A stretch of 45,830 bases of DNA from Patescibacteria group bacterium (GCA_049297375.1 JBAQUF010000046.1:1-45830), one strand, 5' to 3'. Positions 6,236 through 16,395 are shown, counted from the stretch's first letter. Notes: a model not told the origin generated them from the letters alone. Numbers and translations: made by a program.

Positions 6236-9200
6236 TTTGTACCGCCTTTTCTATAGTTAAGGCACCGAACTTGTCTGATAGTCTCACATACACACGCTCA
6301 AATTCGTACCAAAACCATTTAAGTTTTGGATTTTTTTTAATAAGTCTTTTAATATGTCTCTCTGCGGAAAAGTAATAATTAAAATCATATTCTGAAGATA
6401 CCCGTTCCACATACTTTGTATAAATTCTCCAAACATAAGTTATATAATTTAAATTTCCCGAATTATCACTGCCTATGGCAAAATCAAGAAGATCCTGAAA
6501 CCTCTTATAGTATTCGGGACTTAAATCATATAGAGGGTTTGCAAGAGCTGTTTCGGTTAACTCTTCTTCAAAATCCGATACTTCATGAGCAATAAGTGGC
6601 TCTGGGGCTATATATGCTTTAGCTTCAACAACTTTATTTCTCAATTTTTGAAAACGCCATTTAATAGCCTGTGGATCGTTGTAGATTTTAATAAGGCTGG
6701 TGTTCGCAATATCTTTAGCAAATGGAAATTCCATATTTTTAAAAACATCTTGAAAGTATCCTTTACCAACAACTTTAATTGCTCTGTCCAATTCACTTAA
6801 ATTTTCTAATGCCTGTCTTTTGCTGTACTCCTCAATGTCCTTATCCTCTACAAAGGATTTTAGTATTGGAATTGCACCTTGTAGGTAGTTGCCTTTTTCA
6901 TTTTCCAGAGAAATAAAATGGGTAAAACTCCCTGGAATTAAATATCTGGCATCATTGTCTTTATCGGAGTACACACCATAAACAAAAGTTAGTTCACTTT
7001 CTTTTATATCCGTTACAATTTCTAAAATCGTCATGAGATCCTCAGTGAACGCAAAAACTAAAAAGTCTATAAATTTTTGGCGATATTCTGGTAATTTTTC
7101 TGGAAACAACTTCAATCCTAACCTCATAATTGCACCAAAATAGAAATGGACCGAACTTATTGTGTATGGTCCGGATTTACTTTCCGTATTTTGATATTTA
7201 ACTTTGAATTTTTTAGGATCAATCAGGTCAAGGTTACTTTCAATTGCGAGTTTCATTAACCTTTCTGTGTCTTCAGGCTGAATTACATCTTTAAGGTCGG
7301 ACTCGTTCCTTAGATAATAATCAAATACTTCAGGTTGATATTTTCCTTGACCTGGTTCAAGTAACCTCTTAAATTCCTCATATTTTTTAGTTTTGTTGCT
7401 CTCAAAAGGACTATTAGTAACTTGTGGAACAACCTTTGCAGGCTCCAGAAGAGAGTCCTTTATGGCTTTTTCATATAGAGAAATATCGTTGACCCTCCAT
7501 CTATAGTTCCTTAGAATCATTTCAAACACATGTTGCCCATCCTTAGGCAGTTTTAATATCTCATCATGTATACCTTTCAAGTTATTTTCACTCACTAACC
7601 AAACTAAAATTTCCTCATATGTGTCCCAAACCGCCCAAACATTCTCATCCTTTCCCATATTATTTTTTGCTGCCTTAATAAGTTCTTTCCAAAAGTCAGG
7701 GTCTGCTTCGGCAATCATCAGTGTTATTGATTCTATTAAGTACGATTTTTCAATATGGTAAACATTTCTTAGCTTTGCAATAGCAAATACTACCTGCTTA
7801 AGTAATGTAAGAGTGGGGGTAGCATCTGTTTGTAACGTTTTTTTTATGTTTTCAATGAGTCGTTGGTCACCTTTTTCATCCTCCCCATTGAAGATTGATT
7901 CTTTGTCAATTAACCGCTTTAAAAAATTTGTATCCTTTGAGGATTTTTCTAATAAATACTTGATCGCTTCAGGGGATGTGATTTCATAAAGTCCATGACG
8001 GGCATAAATATCCATACCTTGTTTTATGGCTTCTATGAGGTAATCTATCGTTTTAAAACTATTTGGTGCTGAATCATAACAAAATTGAATAAAGGCTTCT
8101 CTAACTAAGGAGTCCTTATTTATAAAATTTACGGAAAGCTCTTCAACCAGAACTGCATCCTTATAAAAGGTTAATGCTGATAAACAGTGTCGCTGTAAAA
8201 CTCCATTACCATCTTGGGATTTTGCATACTCAACCATTCTTGTTTTCCAGAAAGTCTTTTCTGCATTACTAAGTAAATCTGGTTGCTCTTCCAGTATATT
8301 TCCGATTATTGATATTACATTGCCTCTATTAGTGTATGTTTTTTCTGGCGTGTCTTGTTCTTCAATATCTTTTTTCAAGGATGTAAGTGCTGTTTTTGTA
8401 GCAATTTTACCTAAACCGGTTCTTGCCCAAACGGGAAACCAGATTCCTTTGGATCCATAGGTTTTATACACTAACTTGAATACTTTCAGTTTCGTTTCCT
8501 CTGACTCTAAAGGAACATTTGTAAGGTATTCAGCCAAGTCCTCAGTAAGAGACCTCTGATGTTTCTGCAAAAATTCTACACACCAACTCGTTATTGTATT
8601 TCGTTTGTTGCTTAAGAAGAGGAAGTATAATACTCCAAACCAGGATTGTTTAAGCATCGGAATACCTTTTTGCTTGAAAACAGCATATTTCTCATAATCT
8701 TCTATAATGCTTGAAGAACCTAATAACTTTTCGGCTACTAAGAACTCAGAAAGTCGGTGATGTTTCCAACCCACATATTTCTTTTTAGTTTTGTCATCGG
8801 TTAAAATTTCCATTAACCCTTTATCCGTCAAATATGCTTTCGTGAAGGGATATTTTTTATTTAGTAATATACTGTCAAATATGCTTTCTTCTATCTGATT
8901 GGCATGGATCAATTCATATATAAAGGCAAGTGGTATCAACTCTTTGAAGTTATTTCCATACAGTTTTTGAAACAAATAGGTATAAAAAACGGGTAGCTTA
9001 AATTCTAAATAATTTGTTTGTTCAAGGTATTCAATAAATATATCTAGATATGGTTTGTAGGATATAAGGCTGTTATACACATCCTTAAACCAAAAAGCTC
9101 TAAGTATCTCATTACTGAGGCTTTCTGAGACCCCCTTTTCTAAAAGGATACTTCTAATTTCCGAATTATCTAAATAATTTTCTTTCGTAAAAATTCCCAT
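6228..9200 (-). CDS. large all-alpha/helical-repeat protein with a STAND (NACHT-type) winged-helix-like signature but no P-loop NTPase domain
   Basis: 990 aa uninterrupted ORF. Residues ~125-160 (DKGLMEIL...YVGWKHHRLSEFLVAEKLL) resemble the GLL...F-x-H-x-S-F-Q-E-[FY]-L-A-A motif that follows NACHT NTPase domains. The rest looks like HEAT/TPR-type helical repeats. There is no proper Walker A. Confidence 0.55.
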   Translation of the reverse strand: MGIFTKENYLDNSEIRSILLEKGVSESLSNEILRAFWFKDVYNSLISYKPYLDIFIEYLEQTNYLEFKLPVFYTYLFQKLYGNNFKELIPLAFIYELIHANQIEESIFDSILLNKKYPFTKAYLTDKGLMEILTDDKTKKKYVGWKHHRLSEFLVAEKLLGSSSIIEDYEKYAVFKQKGIPMLKQSWFGVLYFLFLSNKRNTITSWCVEFLQKHQRSLTEDLAEYLTNVPLESEETKLKVFKLVYKTYGSKGIWFPVWARTGLGKIATKTALTSLKKDIEEQDTPEKTYTNRGNVISIIGNILEEQPDLLSNAEKTFWKTRMVEYAKSQDGNGVLQRHCLSALTFYKDAVLVEELSVNFINKDSLVREAFIQFCYDSAPNSFKTIDYLIEAIKQGMDIYARHGLYEITSPEAIKYLLEKSSKDTNFLKRLIDKESIFNGEDEKGDQRLIENIKKTLQTDATPTLTLLKQVVFAIAKLRNVYHIEKSYLIESITLMIAEADPDFWKELIKAAKNNMGKDENVWAVWDTYEEILVWLVSENNLKGIHDEILKLPKDGQHVFEMILRNYRWRVNDISLYEKAIKDSLLEPAKVVPQVTNSPFESNKTKKYEEFKRLLEPGQGKYQPEVFDYYLRNESDLKDVIQPEDTERLMKLAIESNLDLIDPKKFKVKYQNTESKSGPYTISSVHFYFGAIMRLGLKLFPEKLPEYRQKFIDFLVFAFTEDLMTILEIVTDIKESELTFVYGVYSDKDNDARYLIPGSFTHFISLENEKGNYLQGAIPILKSFVEDKDIEEYSKRQALENLSELDRAIKVVGKGYFQDVFKNMEFPFAKDIANTSLIKIYNDPQAIKWRFQKLRNKVVEAKAYIAPEPLIAHEVSDFEEELTETALANPLYDLSPEYYKRFQDLLDFAIGSDNSGNLNYITYVWRIYTKYVERVSSEYDFNYYFSAERHIKRLIKKNPKLKWFWYEFERVYVRLSDKFGALTIEKAVQNE

Positions 9201-9354
9201 TTTTTCCTGACTTTAACTTGATGCTACAAGGATATTATACTAGCATTGACACGAGTTTACTAAGTGTGTCCTTGTAACAAGAGCCTTTATTGTAAACTGA
9301 GCATCCCCAAATGCATGGAAATCAGTTAAAATAGACTTATAAAGGTATATAAAT

Positions 9355-10821
9355 ATGTTTGAACAAGCTTTAAAAAATATAGATGATGCACTGCATAGAG
9401 ATGCCGGTTCTGCAACGGAACTGGATTACATAGAACAGACTTCCTGGATTCTGTTTCTTAAATACTTGAATGACCTCGAAAAAGATAAAGATACTGAGGC
9501 GAAGTTAGCAAATAGAAACTATCAACATATTCTTGATCCGAAGTATCGTTGGGACACATGGGCATGTCCTAGAAACCCAGACGGTACGATAAATCATAAC
9601 AAAGCCCTATCGGGTGACGATCTAAAAGATTTCGTAGATGGCGAGCTGTTTCCATATCTTAAAAAATTTAAATACTCCGCAGAAAACGCTGACACAATTG
9701 AGTATAAGGTAGGAGAAATCTTTAGCGAGTTGAAAAACAAAATCCAAACCGGTTACACACTACGAAGTATTTTGGATATTGTGGATAGTTTAGAGTTTAG
9801 AACTGACGCAGAAAAGCACGAGCTTTCCCATTTGTATGAAAGCAAACTGCAGAATATGGGTAATGCTGGTAGAAATGGTGGGGAGTATTACACGCCAAGA
9901 GCTTTAATTCGCACAGTAATTAAGGTTGTAGATCCAAAAATAGGGCAAACAATTTACGACGGTGCCTTAGGATCAGCTGGATTTCTAGTAGAATCCTTTA
10001 ATTATCTTACACAAGAAAAAGAAAAACTTTCACCTAAAGATTGGGAAACGCTTCAAAAGAAAACGTTTTATGGTAAGGAAATTAAATCTCTCGCATACAT
10101 TATTGGTGTAATGAACATGATTCTGCATGGAATTGAAGCTCCAAACATTATTCATACAAATACTCTAGCTCAAAATATCTCTGACATCCAGGAAAAGGAT
10201 CGTTACGACATTGTTCTTACAAACCCACCTTTTGGTGCTGGTATTAGAAAAGAAATTCAACAAAACTTTCCTATTAAAACAGGTGAAACAGCCTATCTAT
10301 TTTTACAGCATTTTATAAAAATTCTTAAAGCCGGTGGTAAGGCGGGTTTAGTTATTAAGAATACATTTCTTTCAAACACCGACAATGCGTCTGTATCATT
10401 AAGGAAACACTTACTTGAGACATGCAACCTCCATACAGTTCTTGATTTACCTGGTGGTGTATTTACCGGAGCTGGCGTTAAAACGGTAATTCTATTTTTT
10501 GATAAAGGTGTTTCTACTAAAAAAATATGGTTTTATCAATTAAATTTGGATAGAAACCTAGGGAAAACTAATTCTTTAAATGAAAAAGATCTAAATGATT
10601 TTGTAGAGTTACAAAAGACAAAAGCTGCTACTAAGAACTCTTGGTCAATAGATATTAAGGATATTAACCAAAAAACCTTTGATCTGTCTGTAAAAAATCC
10701 TAATGTTGAGGAAGCTGTAGCCTTGCGGGAACCTCTGGACATAATCAATTCTATTAGAGATCTTGATAAACAGAGTAATGAAATTTTGAATATACTATAC
10801 GAAAGAATCAATGAAAAGTAA
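9355..10821 (+). CDS. hsdM: type I restriction-modification system, DNA methyltransferase subunit M
   Basis: 488 aa with the HsdM N-terminal domain (LHRDAG...EQTSWILFLKYL), AdoMet motif IYDGALGSAGFLV and catalytic VLTNPPFG. Confidence 0.95.
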   Translation: MFEQALKNIDDALHRDAGSATELDYIEQTSWILFLKYLNDLEKDKDTEAKLANRNYQHILDPKYRWDTWACPRNPDGTINHNKALSGDDLKDFVDGELFPYLKKFKYSAENADTIEYKVGEIFSELKNKIQTGYTLRSILDIVDSLEFRTDAEKHELSHLYESKLQNMGNAGRNGGEYYTPRALIRTVIKVVDPKIGQTIYDGALGSAGFLVESFNYLTQEKEKLSPKDWETLQKKTFYGKEIKSLAYIIGVMNMILHGIEAPNIIHTNTLAQNISDIQEKDRYDIVLTNPPFGAGIRKEIQQNFPIKTGETAYLFLQHFIKILKAGGKAGLVIKNTFLSNTDNASVSLRKHLLETCNLHTVLDLPGGVFTGAGVKTVILFFDKGVSTKKIWFYQLNLDRNLGKTNSLNEKDLNDFVELQKTKAATKNSWSIDIKDINQKTFDLSVKNPNVEEAVALREPLDIINSIRDLDKQSNEILNILYERINEK

Positions 10822-12001
10822 TTGGGAAATAAAAAAGCTTTCCGATGTATGTACAATAGTAAATGGCGGTACACCAGACACTGCAGTAAAACGATATTGG
10901 GGAGATCCACTTTTATGGATTACACCCAAGGACATGGGAAAATCAGAGCAAATCTTTGTGGATGATACTGCAAGAAAAATAACTATGGAGGGTCTAAAGA
11001 ATTCTTCCGCCAAATTATTACCAGTAAATTCCGTTATATTATCTTCACGGGCACCAATAGGTCATCTTGCGATCAACACCAAAGAAATTGCTACAAATCA
11101 AGGATGCAAAGGGCTGGTTCCACATAAGGAGCTTGATACTTTTTATCTTTATTACTTTTTGAAAAATTCAGTAGGGTTGTTGAATGAGTTGGGTAGTGGC
11201 ACTACTTTTAAAGAACTTTCTGGTACTAAATTATCTACTGTAGAAATTCCTTTACCAGATAGAGCAGAACAACTGAGAATTGTTACAAAAGTTGGAGAGA
11301 TTTTTGAAAATGCTGACAAGGAAAAAAGAATCGCAGAAATAAATTTAGAAAACATAAAAGAACTTTACCGCAATTACTCACAAACTGTATTTGAGCATAC
11401 CGGTGACAATTGGGAAACTAAGAGATTAAAAGAAGTGTGTGAAAAAATTACAGACGGGACACATCAGACCCCGAGTTATTATGAGAACGGTTATATTTTT
11501 CTCTCATCTAGAAACGTAACCAGTGGCAAAGTAAATTGGGATAATGTTAAATATATTGATGAAAAGCAACATACCGAAATGCACAAACGAGTTTCACCAA
11601 GGATCGGAGATATATTACTAGCCAAAAACGGCACTACAGGTGTAGGAGCTCTTGTAGATAGAGATGTTAGCTTTGATATATACGTAAGTCTTGCCCTACT
11701 AAGAGTTACAAATGATATAACTCCAGAATATCTTTTGTATTTTGTAAATTCTCCCTTTGCAAAAAAGCAATTTAATAAAAGACTAAAAGGTTCGGGAGTA
11801 CCGAATCTTCATTTACAAGAAATAAAAGAGGTCGTAATTTCTTTTCCTAAGTCAAAGCAAGAACAAAATACCACTGTTTTAAGATTAAAGGGGTTTTTAG
11901 AACAAAAACAAAGTCTAGAGAGGATTTATCAACAAAAGATACAACATTTAGAAGAACTTAAAAAATCAGTACTTAATAAAGCCTTTATTGGAGAGCTATA
12001 A
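10811..12001 (+). CDS. hsdS: type I restriction-modification system, specificity subunit S
   Basis: 396 aa with two target-recognition halves (each W..K.L.dv........G.TP) separated by conserved coiled-coil spacers. Overlaps hsdM by 11 nt. Confidence 0.9.
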   Translation: MKSNWEIKKLSDVCTIVNGGTPDTAVKRYWGDPLLWITPKDMGKSEQIFVDDTARKITMEGLKNSSAKLLPVNSVILSSRAPIGHLAINTKEIATNQGCKGLVPHKELDTFYLYYFLKNSVGLLNELGSGTTFKELSGTKLSTVEIPLPDRAEQLRIVTKVGEIFENADKEKRIAEINLENIKELYRNYSQTVFEHTGDNWETKRLKEVCEKITDGTHQTPSYYENGYIFLSSRNVTSGKVNWDNVKYIDEKQHTEMHKRVSPRIGDILLAKNGTTGVGALVDRDVSFDIYVSLALLRVTNDITPEYLLYFVNSPFAKKQFNKRLKGSGVPNLHLQEIKEVVISFPKSKQEQNTTVLRLKGFLEQKQSLERIYQQKIQHLEELKKSVLNKAFIGEL

Positions 12002-12008
12002 TAAATAT

Positions 12009-14318
12009 ATGAATGAAGCCGAAACAAGAGCCGAATACATTGATCCAAAACTTGTTGAAAGTGGCTGGGGAGTAGTAGAAGACTCCAGGATACTAAGAGA
12101 ATACAGGTTTACAGATGGTAGAATTCAGGTTGGTGGCACAAGAGCAAAGCCGGAAATTGCAGACTACATACTGCAATATAAAAATATAAAACTTGCCGTA
12201 ATTGAGGCAAAACAGTTAGATTTACCTCCAACTGAGGGTGTTACCCAAGCTAAAATATACGCACATAAACTTTGTATTGATTACACCTATTCCACTAACG
12301 GTAAAAGAATCTATCAAGTATGTATGAAAACGGGTAAGGAGGAGTATATAGATAAGTATCCGACTCCGGAAGAACTATGGAATGCAACATTTTCTGATCA
12401 GAATGATTGGAAAGAAAAGTTCAACGGCGTTCCCTTTGAAAATGTTAACGGTACTAAAAGTCTTCGCTATTACCAGGAAATTGCAGTTAATAGAACAATG
12501 GATTCAATCGCTGAGAACAAACAGAGAATTCTTTTAACATTAGCTACTGGTACTGGTAAAACTTTTATCGCTTTTCAAATAGCTTGGAAGTTATTTAAAA
12601 CACGATGGAATTTAAAAAGAGATGGTGCAAGACAACCAAGAATCCTATTCCTAGCAGATAGAAACATATTAGCTGACCAGGCATATAACGCTTTTTCTGC
12701 ATTCCAAGAAGACGCCTTAATTCGTATATCACCTTTAGATATTAGAAAAAAGGGCACAGTACCGACAAATGGGAGTGTGTTTTTCACTATTTTCCAAACA
12801 TTTATGAGTGGTCCTAATAACACCCCGTACTATGGTGACTATCCCAAGGATTTCTTTGACTTTATTATTATTGATGAATGTCACCGTGGTGGTGCAAATG
12901 ATGAGAGTAACTGGCGAGATATTATGGAATACTTTTCTCCCGCAGTTCAGTTAGGCTTAACGGCAACTCCAAAGAGGAAAGATAATGTGGATACTTACAG
13001 ATATTTCGGAGAAACTGTATACACCTACTCACTTAAAGAGGGAATTCAGGATGGTTTTTTAACCCCATTTAAAGTAAAAAGGGTAAAGACTACCATGGAT
13101 GATTATGTTTATACGGCTGACGATGATGTTGTTGAGGGTGAAGTTGAGCAAGGAAAAGTATATGTAGAATCTGATTTCAACAGAATTATTGAAATAATGG
13201 AGCGTGAAAAAAAGAGAGTCGCTGTCTTGTTAGACGAAATAGACCAGAAAGATAAAACAATTGTATTTTGTGCTTCCCAGGCTCACGCACTTGCAATCAG
13301 AGATCTAATCAACCAGATGAAAGATAGTAAAGATCCTAACTATTGTGTTCGTGTAACAGCAAATGACGGTTTGAGAGGTGAACAGTATCTTAGGGAATTC
13401 CAGGACAACGAAAAAACTATACCAACAATACTTACTACTTCACAGAAACTATCCACTGGCGTTGATGCTAGAAATATACGAAACATAGTCCTTATGAGAC
13501 CTATCAACTCAATGATTGAGTTTAAACAGATTGTAGGGCGTGGTACGAGGTTATTTGAGGGTAAAGAGTACTTCACTATAGTTGATTTTGTTGATGCCTC
13601 TCAAAAGTTTTCTGATACAGAGTGGGATGGGGAACCTATTGATGAGTATATTCCACCTGAAAATAAAACACCTAAAGTGCATGATGGTCCTACAGATATT
13701 ATCTATGAACCTACTCCAACGGAACCTAAAGAACCGAAAAAAATGGTTAGAATAAAACTTAGAGATGGTAAGGAAAGAAAAATCCAACACATGGTTTCAA
13801 CTTCATTTTGGAGTTCTGACGGAAAGCCTATCTCATCCGAGGAATTCATAAAGAGCATCTATGGTAAATTACCGGACTTTTTTAAAGACGAGCGGGAGTT
13901 AAGAAAAATATGGTCCAGTCCTGATACAAGAAAAGCGTTTCTAAATAAGTTAGCTGAAAACGGTTACGGTGTGGACGAGCTTACTTCTCTACAGAAATTA
14001 GTGGACGCAGAAAACAGCGATTTATTTGATGTGCTTTCCTACATATCATTTGCAATTGAACCATTGGAGAGATTGGAAAGAGCAAATAATAGTAAACCTG
14101 TTGCTTTTAAGAATTTGGATATAGACCAAAAGGAATTTTTGGAATTTGTACTTTCAAAGTATGTTGAAAATGGATTTGAAGAGCTTGATGAAGAGAAGTT
14201 ACCTGTGTTACTAAATCTCAAATACCAAGCAATCGCAGATGCAGTGAAAATACTTGGCGGTGTTGAGAGAATAAGAGACACATTCCTTGGATTCCAAAAG
14301 TGCCTTTACTCTGTCTAA
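12009..14318 (+). CDS. hsdR: type I restriction enzyme, endonuclease/helicase subunit R
   Basis: MNEAETRAEYIDPKL is the canonical HsdR N-terminus, so the ATG at 12009 is preferred over the track's TTG at 11988. SF2 motifs LATGTGKT and IIIDECHRG are present. The C-terminus resembles the EcoEI R C-terminal domain. Confidence 0.95.
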   Translation: MNEAETRAEYIDPKLVESGWGVVEDSRILREYRFTDGRIQVGGTRAKPEIADYILQYKNIKLAVIEAKQLDLPPTEGVTQAKIYAHKLCIDYTYSTNGKRIYQVCMKTGKEEYIDKYPTPEELWNATFSDQNDWKEKFNGVPFENVNGTKSLRYYQEIAVNRTMDSIAENKQRILLTLATGTGKTFIAFQIAWKLFKTRWNLKRDGARQPRILFLADRNILADQAYNAFSAFQEDALIRISPLDIRKKGTVPTNGSVFFTIFQTFMSGPNNTPYYGDYPKDFFDFIIIDECHRGGANDESNWRDIMEYFSPAVQLGLTATPKRKDNVDTYRYFGETVYTYSLKEGIQDGFLTPFKVKRVKTTMDDYVYTADDDVVEGEVEQGKVYVESDFNRIIEIMEREKKRVAVLLDEIDQKDKTIVFCASQAHALAIRDLINQMKDSKDPNYCVRVTANDGLRGEQYLREFQDNEKTIPTILTTSQKLSTGVDARNIRNIVLMRPINSMIEFKQIVGRGTRLFEGKEYFTIVDFVDASQKFSDTEWDGEPIDEYIPPENKTPKVHDGPTDIIYEPTPTEPKEPKKMVRIKLRDGKERKIQHMVSTSFWSSDGKPISSEEFIKSIYGKLPDFFKDERELRKIWSSPDTRKAFLNKLAENGYGVDELTSLQKLVDAENSDLFDVLSYISFAIEPLERLERANNSKPVAFKNLDIDQKEFLEFVLSKYVENGFEELDEEKLPVLLNLKYQAIADAVKILGGVERIRDTFLGFQKCLYSV

Positions 14319-14324
14319 CTAGCT

Positions 14325-15405
14325 GTGACAAAATATCTAAAAGATAAACAATACTATTACGATGACTACGATCGTTCCACTATTGAAGAATGTAAGGCTC
14401 ATTTAGAAAGACTTGCAGGTAACCCTAATCCCAAAAAGGAATTAACAGAGGATCAAAAAACTATTCTGAAGTGGCTATCCGTATGGGCAGAATTACACAT
14501 CTATTTTATTAAGGGCGAAAGGTATAAAAATAGAGAGAGTGCCGTAGAGGAACAGTTCCGCAGTGACGCCAGAAAAGATAATACTTTGGAACGAGTGTCT
14601 ATTCCGTTGGGAATTAAGTGTAAGGACTGTAATACAAGAATGGAATTTACTCAAAAAGATTTAGATGTGTATGACGAAACCAAAGTTCTTATTATGTTTA
14701 ATTGTCCGAAATGTGGTAAAGGGAGGGCATTTTATAACAATGGAGAAGAGTGGAAAATACAAACCACCAAATTGTTCAAAGTGTGGTTCTCAATATAATT
14801 TCTCAAACAGCAGAATCAAAAACAAGATAATTACAACTTTTACATGTCCTAAATGCAGTAACAAGGAAGAAATGGTATTAGATCTGGATGAAAAGTATGT
14901 ACCGGCTCCTGTTGAGCCAATAACTGAGGAGGACAAGCAAAAATACTTAATGAGTTCTGTAGAGGGTAACGCTTACATTGATAGTTGTTATAAACTCACT
15001 GATGCAACGGACGCTCTTAAAGACGAGCAGGAAAGGGAAGAACATAAGGAGTTGTACGACAAGGTTGCTAAGATTAGTCGCCTGAAAATTGCAGACGTTG
15101 AAAAGCTGTTGATTGATGTGGCAACTAAGAACGATTACGCCAAGTTTCAGTTTGGCAAACCTGATATTGGTAGGTACTTTATTGTTGAGTTTAATGCTGA
15201 GGATATAAAACCCAGCCGTGAGGAATATGATTCAAAACATAATTTACAAAAGGTTTGCGAAAAAGCACTTAAAGATACTAACTGGAGGGTTATGAGCGAT
15301 GGTGTTAGTTACAGAGCCGGATATTTAACCGGTAGGGTAAGGTGCTACGAAAAAGAAGAAGATATTTTGGAACTTATAAAACATGCAAAAAATAGGCAGA
15401 AATGA
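14325..15405 (+). pseudogene. zinc-ribbon-repeat protein gene split by a frameshift at an A4 run (two track ORFs, 14325..14798 and 14665..15405)
   Basis: GTG start lies 6 nt after the hsdR stop. ORF1 carries CKDC...CPKC and ORF2 carries CSKC...CPKC. Removing one A from AAAA (14754-14757) joins ...FYNNGEEWK to YKPPNCSKCGSQYNF... in a single frame. Confidence 0.6.
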
Positions 15406-16288
15406 TCCGTGCCCTTGTGGCAGTAATAGTAAGTATAAACATTGTCACGAGGGAAAACTTTTCACTTTTAAAGCAGAAAGATTTAACATAGCTGCAAAAA
15501 AAGACGGTAAAACATTTAAATTATTCAACATCGCTTTTAATCAAAACCGAAATGGTCAGGCTAGTATTATAGTATCCTTTCCCTATTTGAAAGAATCACA
15601 AGGTCTATTATCTGTAGCAACATTTCCGAAAAATTTAACAAGAATTGAGCAACTTAGTCTGGAACCTGGAGGTAAAGTAACATCTCATAAAATTAAATAT
15701 AGTCATTGGATGGATGGAAATGTTCATTTTTCTCAGGATGGAAAGATATACACTCTTAAAAAAGATCCCTCAGACTCTCTGGTAAATGGTGTAGGTCACC
15801 TCTTTACCATACATATTAAAGATATTACTGGATTTGAGGAAAAAGTTGACGCTAAAGAGTTCACATCTAAAATAATTGATCTAGATGTGGAAATGATAGA
15901 TAAGGATAAAGACACTGTAAAATTCACAGCATGGTGGTATAAGGAAACTGTTATACATCCTCCTAGAGCAGAATTTTCAAGGATTTATAACTTTAAACAA
16001 GAAGAGGGAGTAATCAGTAAGGGTTTTGCTTTACAAGCACCAGATTGTTCGCCATTAACTGAATCAATACTTTTACTTTGTGCTAGACAAGAACATTTAA
16101 CCGAAGATCCTGGATCACATATCTTATTCTTAGGGGGTTTTGATAAAAGAGAGATTTTTAAAGATTTAAGTAAAGACTTTAAATTTTTGGCAATGATGTA
16201 CCCTGCCATGGACTATGAGGATTTAAAAACACGATTAGGGAGTGTTGATCTTAATAGCTCAGATATAGCTCCACAACTATCACTATAA
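15383..16288 (+). CDS. SEC-C metal-binding motif protein (function unknown)
   Basis: 301 aa. N-terminal GRNDPCPCGSNSKYKHCH is a SEC-C motif. The rest is unrecognised. Overlaps the preceding gene by 23 nt and is the last gene of the hsd operon string. Confidence 0.7.
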   Translation: MQKIGRNDPCPCGSNSKYKHCHEGKLFTFKAERFNIAAKKDGKTFKLFNIAFNQNRNGQASIIVSFPYLKESQGLLSVATFPKNLTRIEQLSLEPGGKVTSHKIKYSHWMDGNVHFSQDGKIYTLKKDPSDSLVNGVGHLFTIHIKDITGFEEKVDAKEFTSKIIDLDVEMIDKDKDTVKFTAWWYKETVIHPPRAEFSRIYNFKQEEGVISKGFALQAPDCSPLTESILLLCARQEHLTEDPGSHILFLGGFDKREIFKDLSKDFKFLAMMYPAMDYEDLKTRLGSVDLNSSDIAPQLSL

Positions 16289-16395
16289 AATGTTACTTCA
16301 AGCGCAAACTTGTAAAATACTTTGAAACATCACCAAAACATCAACCAATTGGTTTAGATTAGCCTCCACTACCGACCCCAAAGCACCTTAATATT

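Noticed and set aside
8394-8420. ARTGLGKIA in the 990 aa protein as a Walker A P-loop.
   Set aside because: It has Ile where Ser/Thr is required. It lies downstream of the WH-like motif, which is the wrong order for a STAND NTPase. No Walker B follows.
9201-9354. Near-palindrome CTTGTAACAAG and a TTGACA in the hsdM / 990 aa divergent spacer as a defined operator or promoter.
   Set aside because: No properly spaced -10 element is present and the palindrome is imperfect. The evidence is too weak to annotate.
14665-14757. ATG at 14665 as a genuine start for the second zinc-ribbon ORF (MCMTKPKFLLCLIV...).
   Set aside because: This N-terminal stretch is the out-of-frame shadow of the first ORF. 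The real continuity is across the A4 run at 14754-14757.
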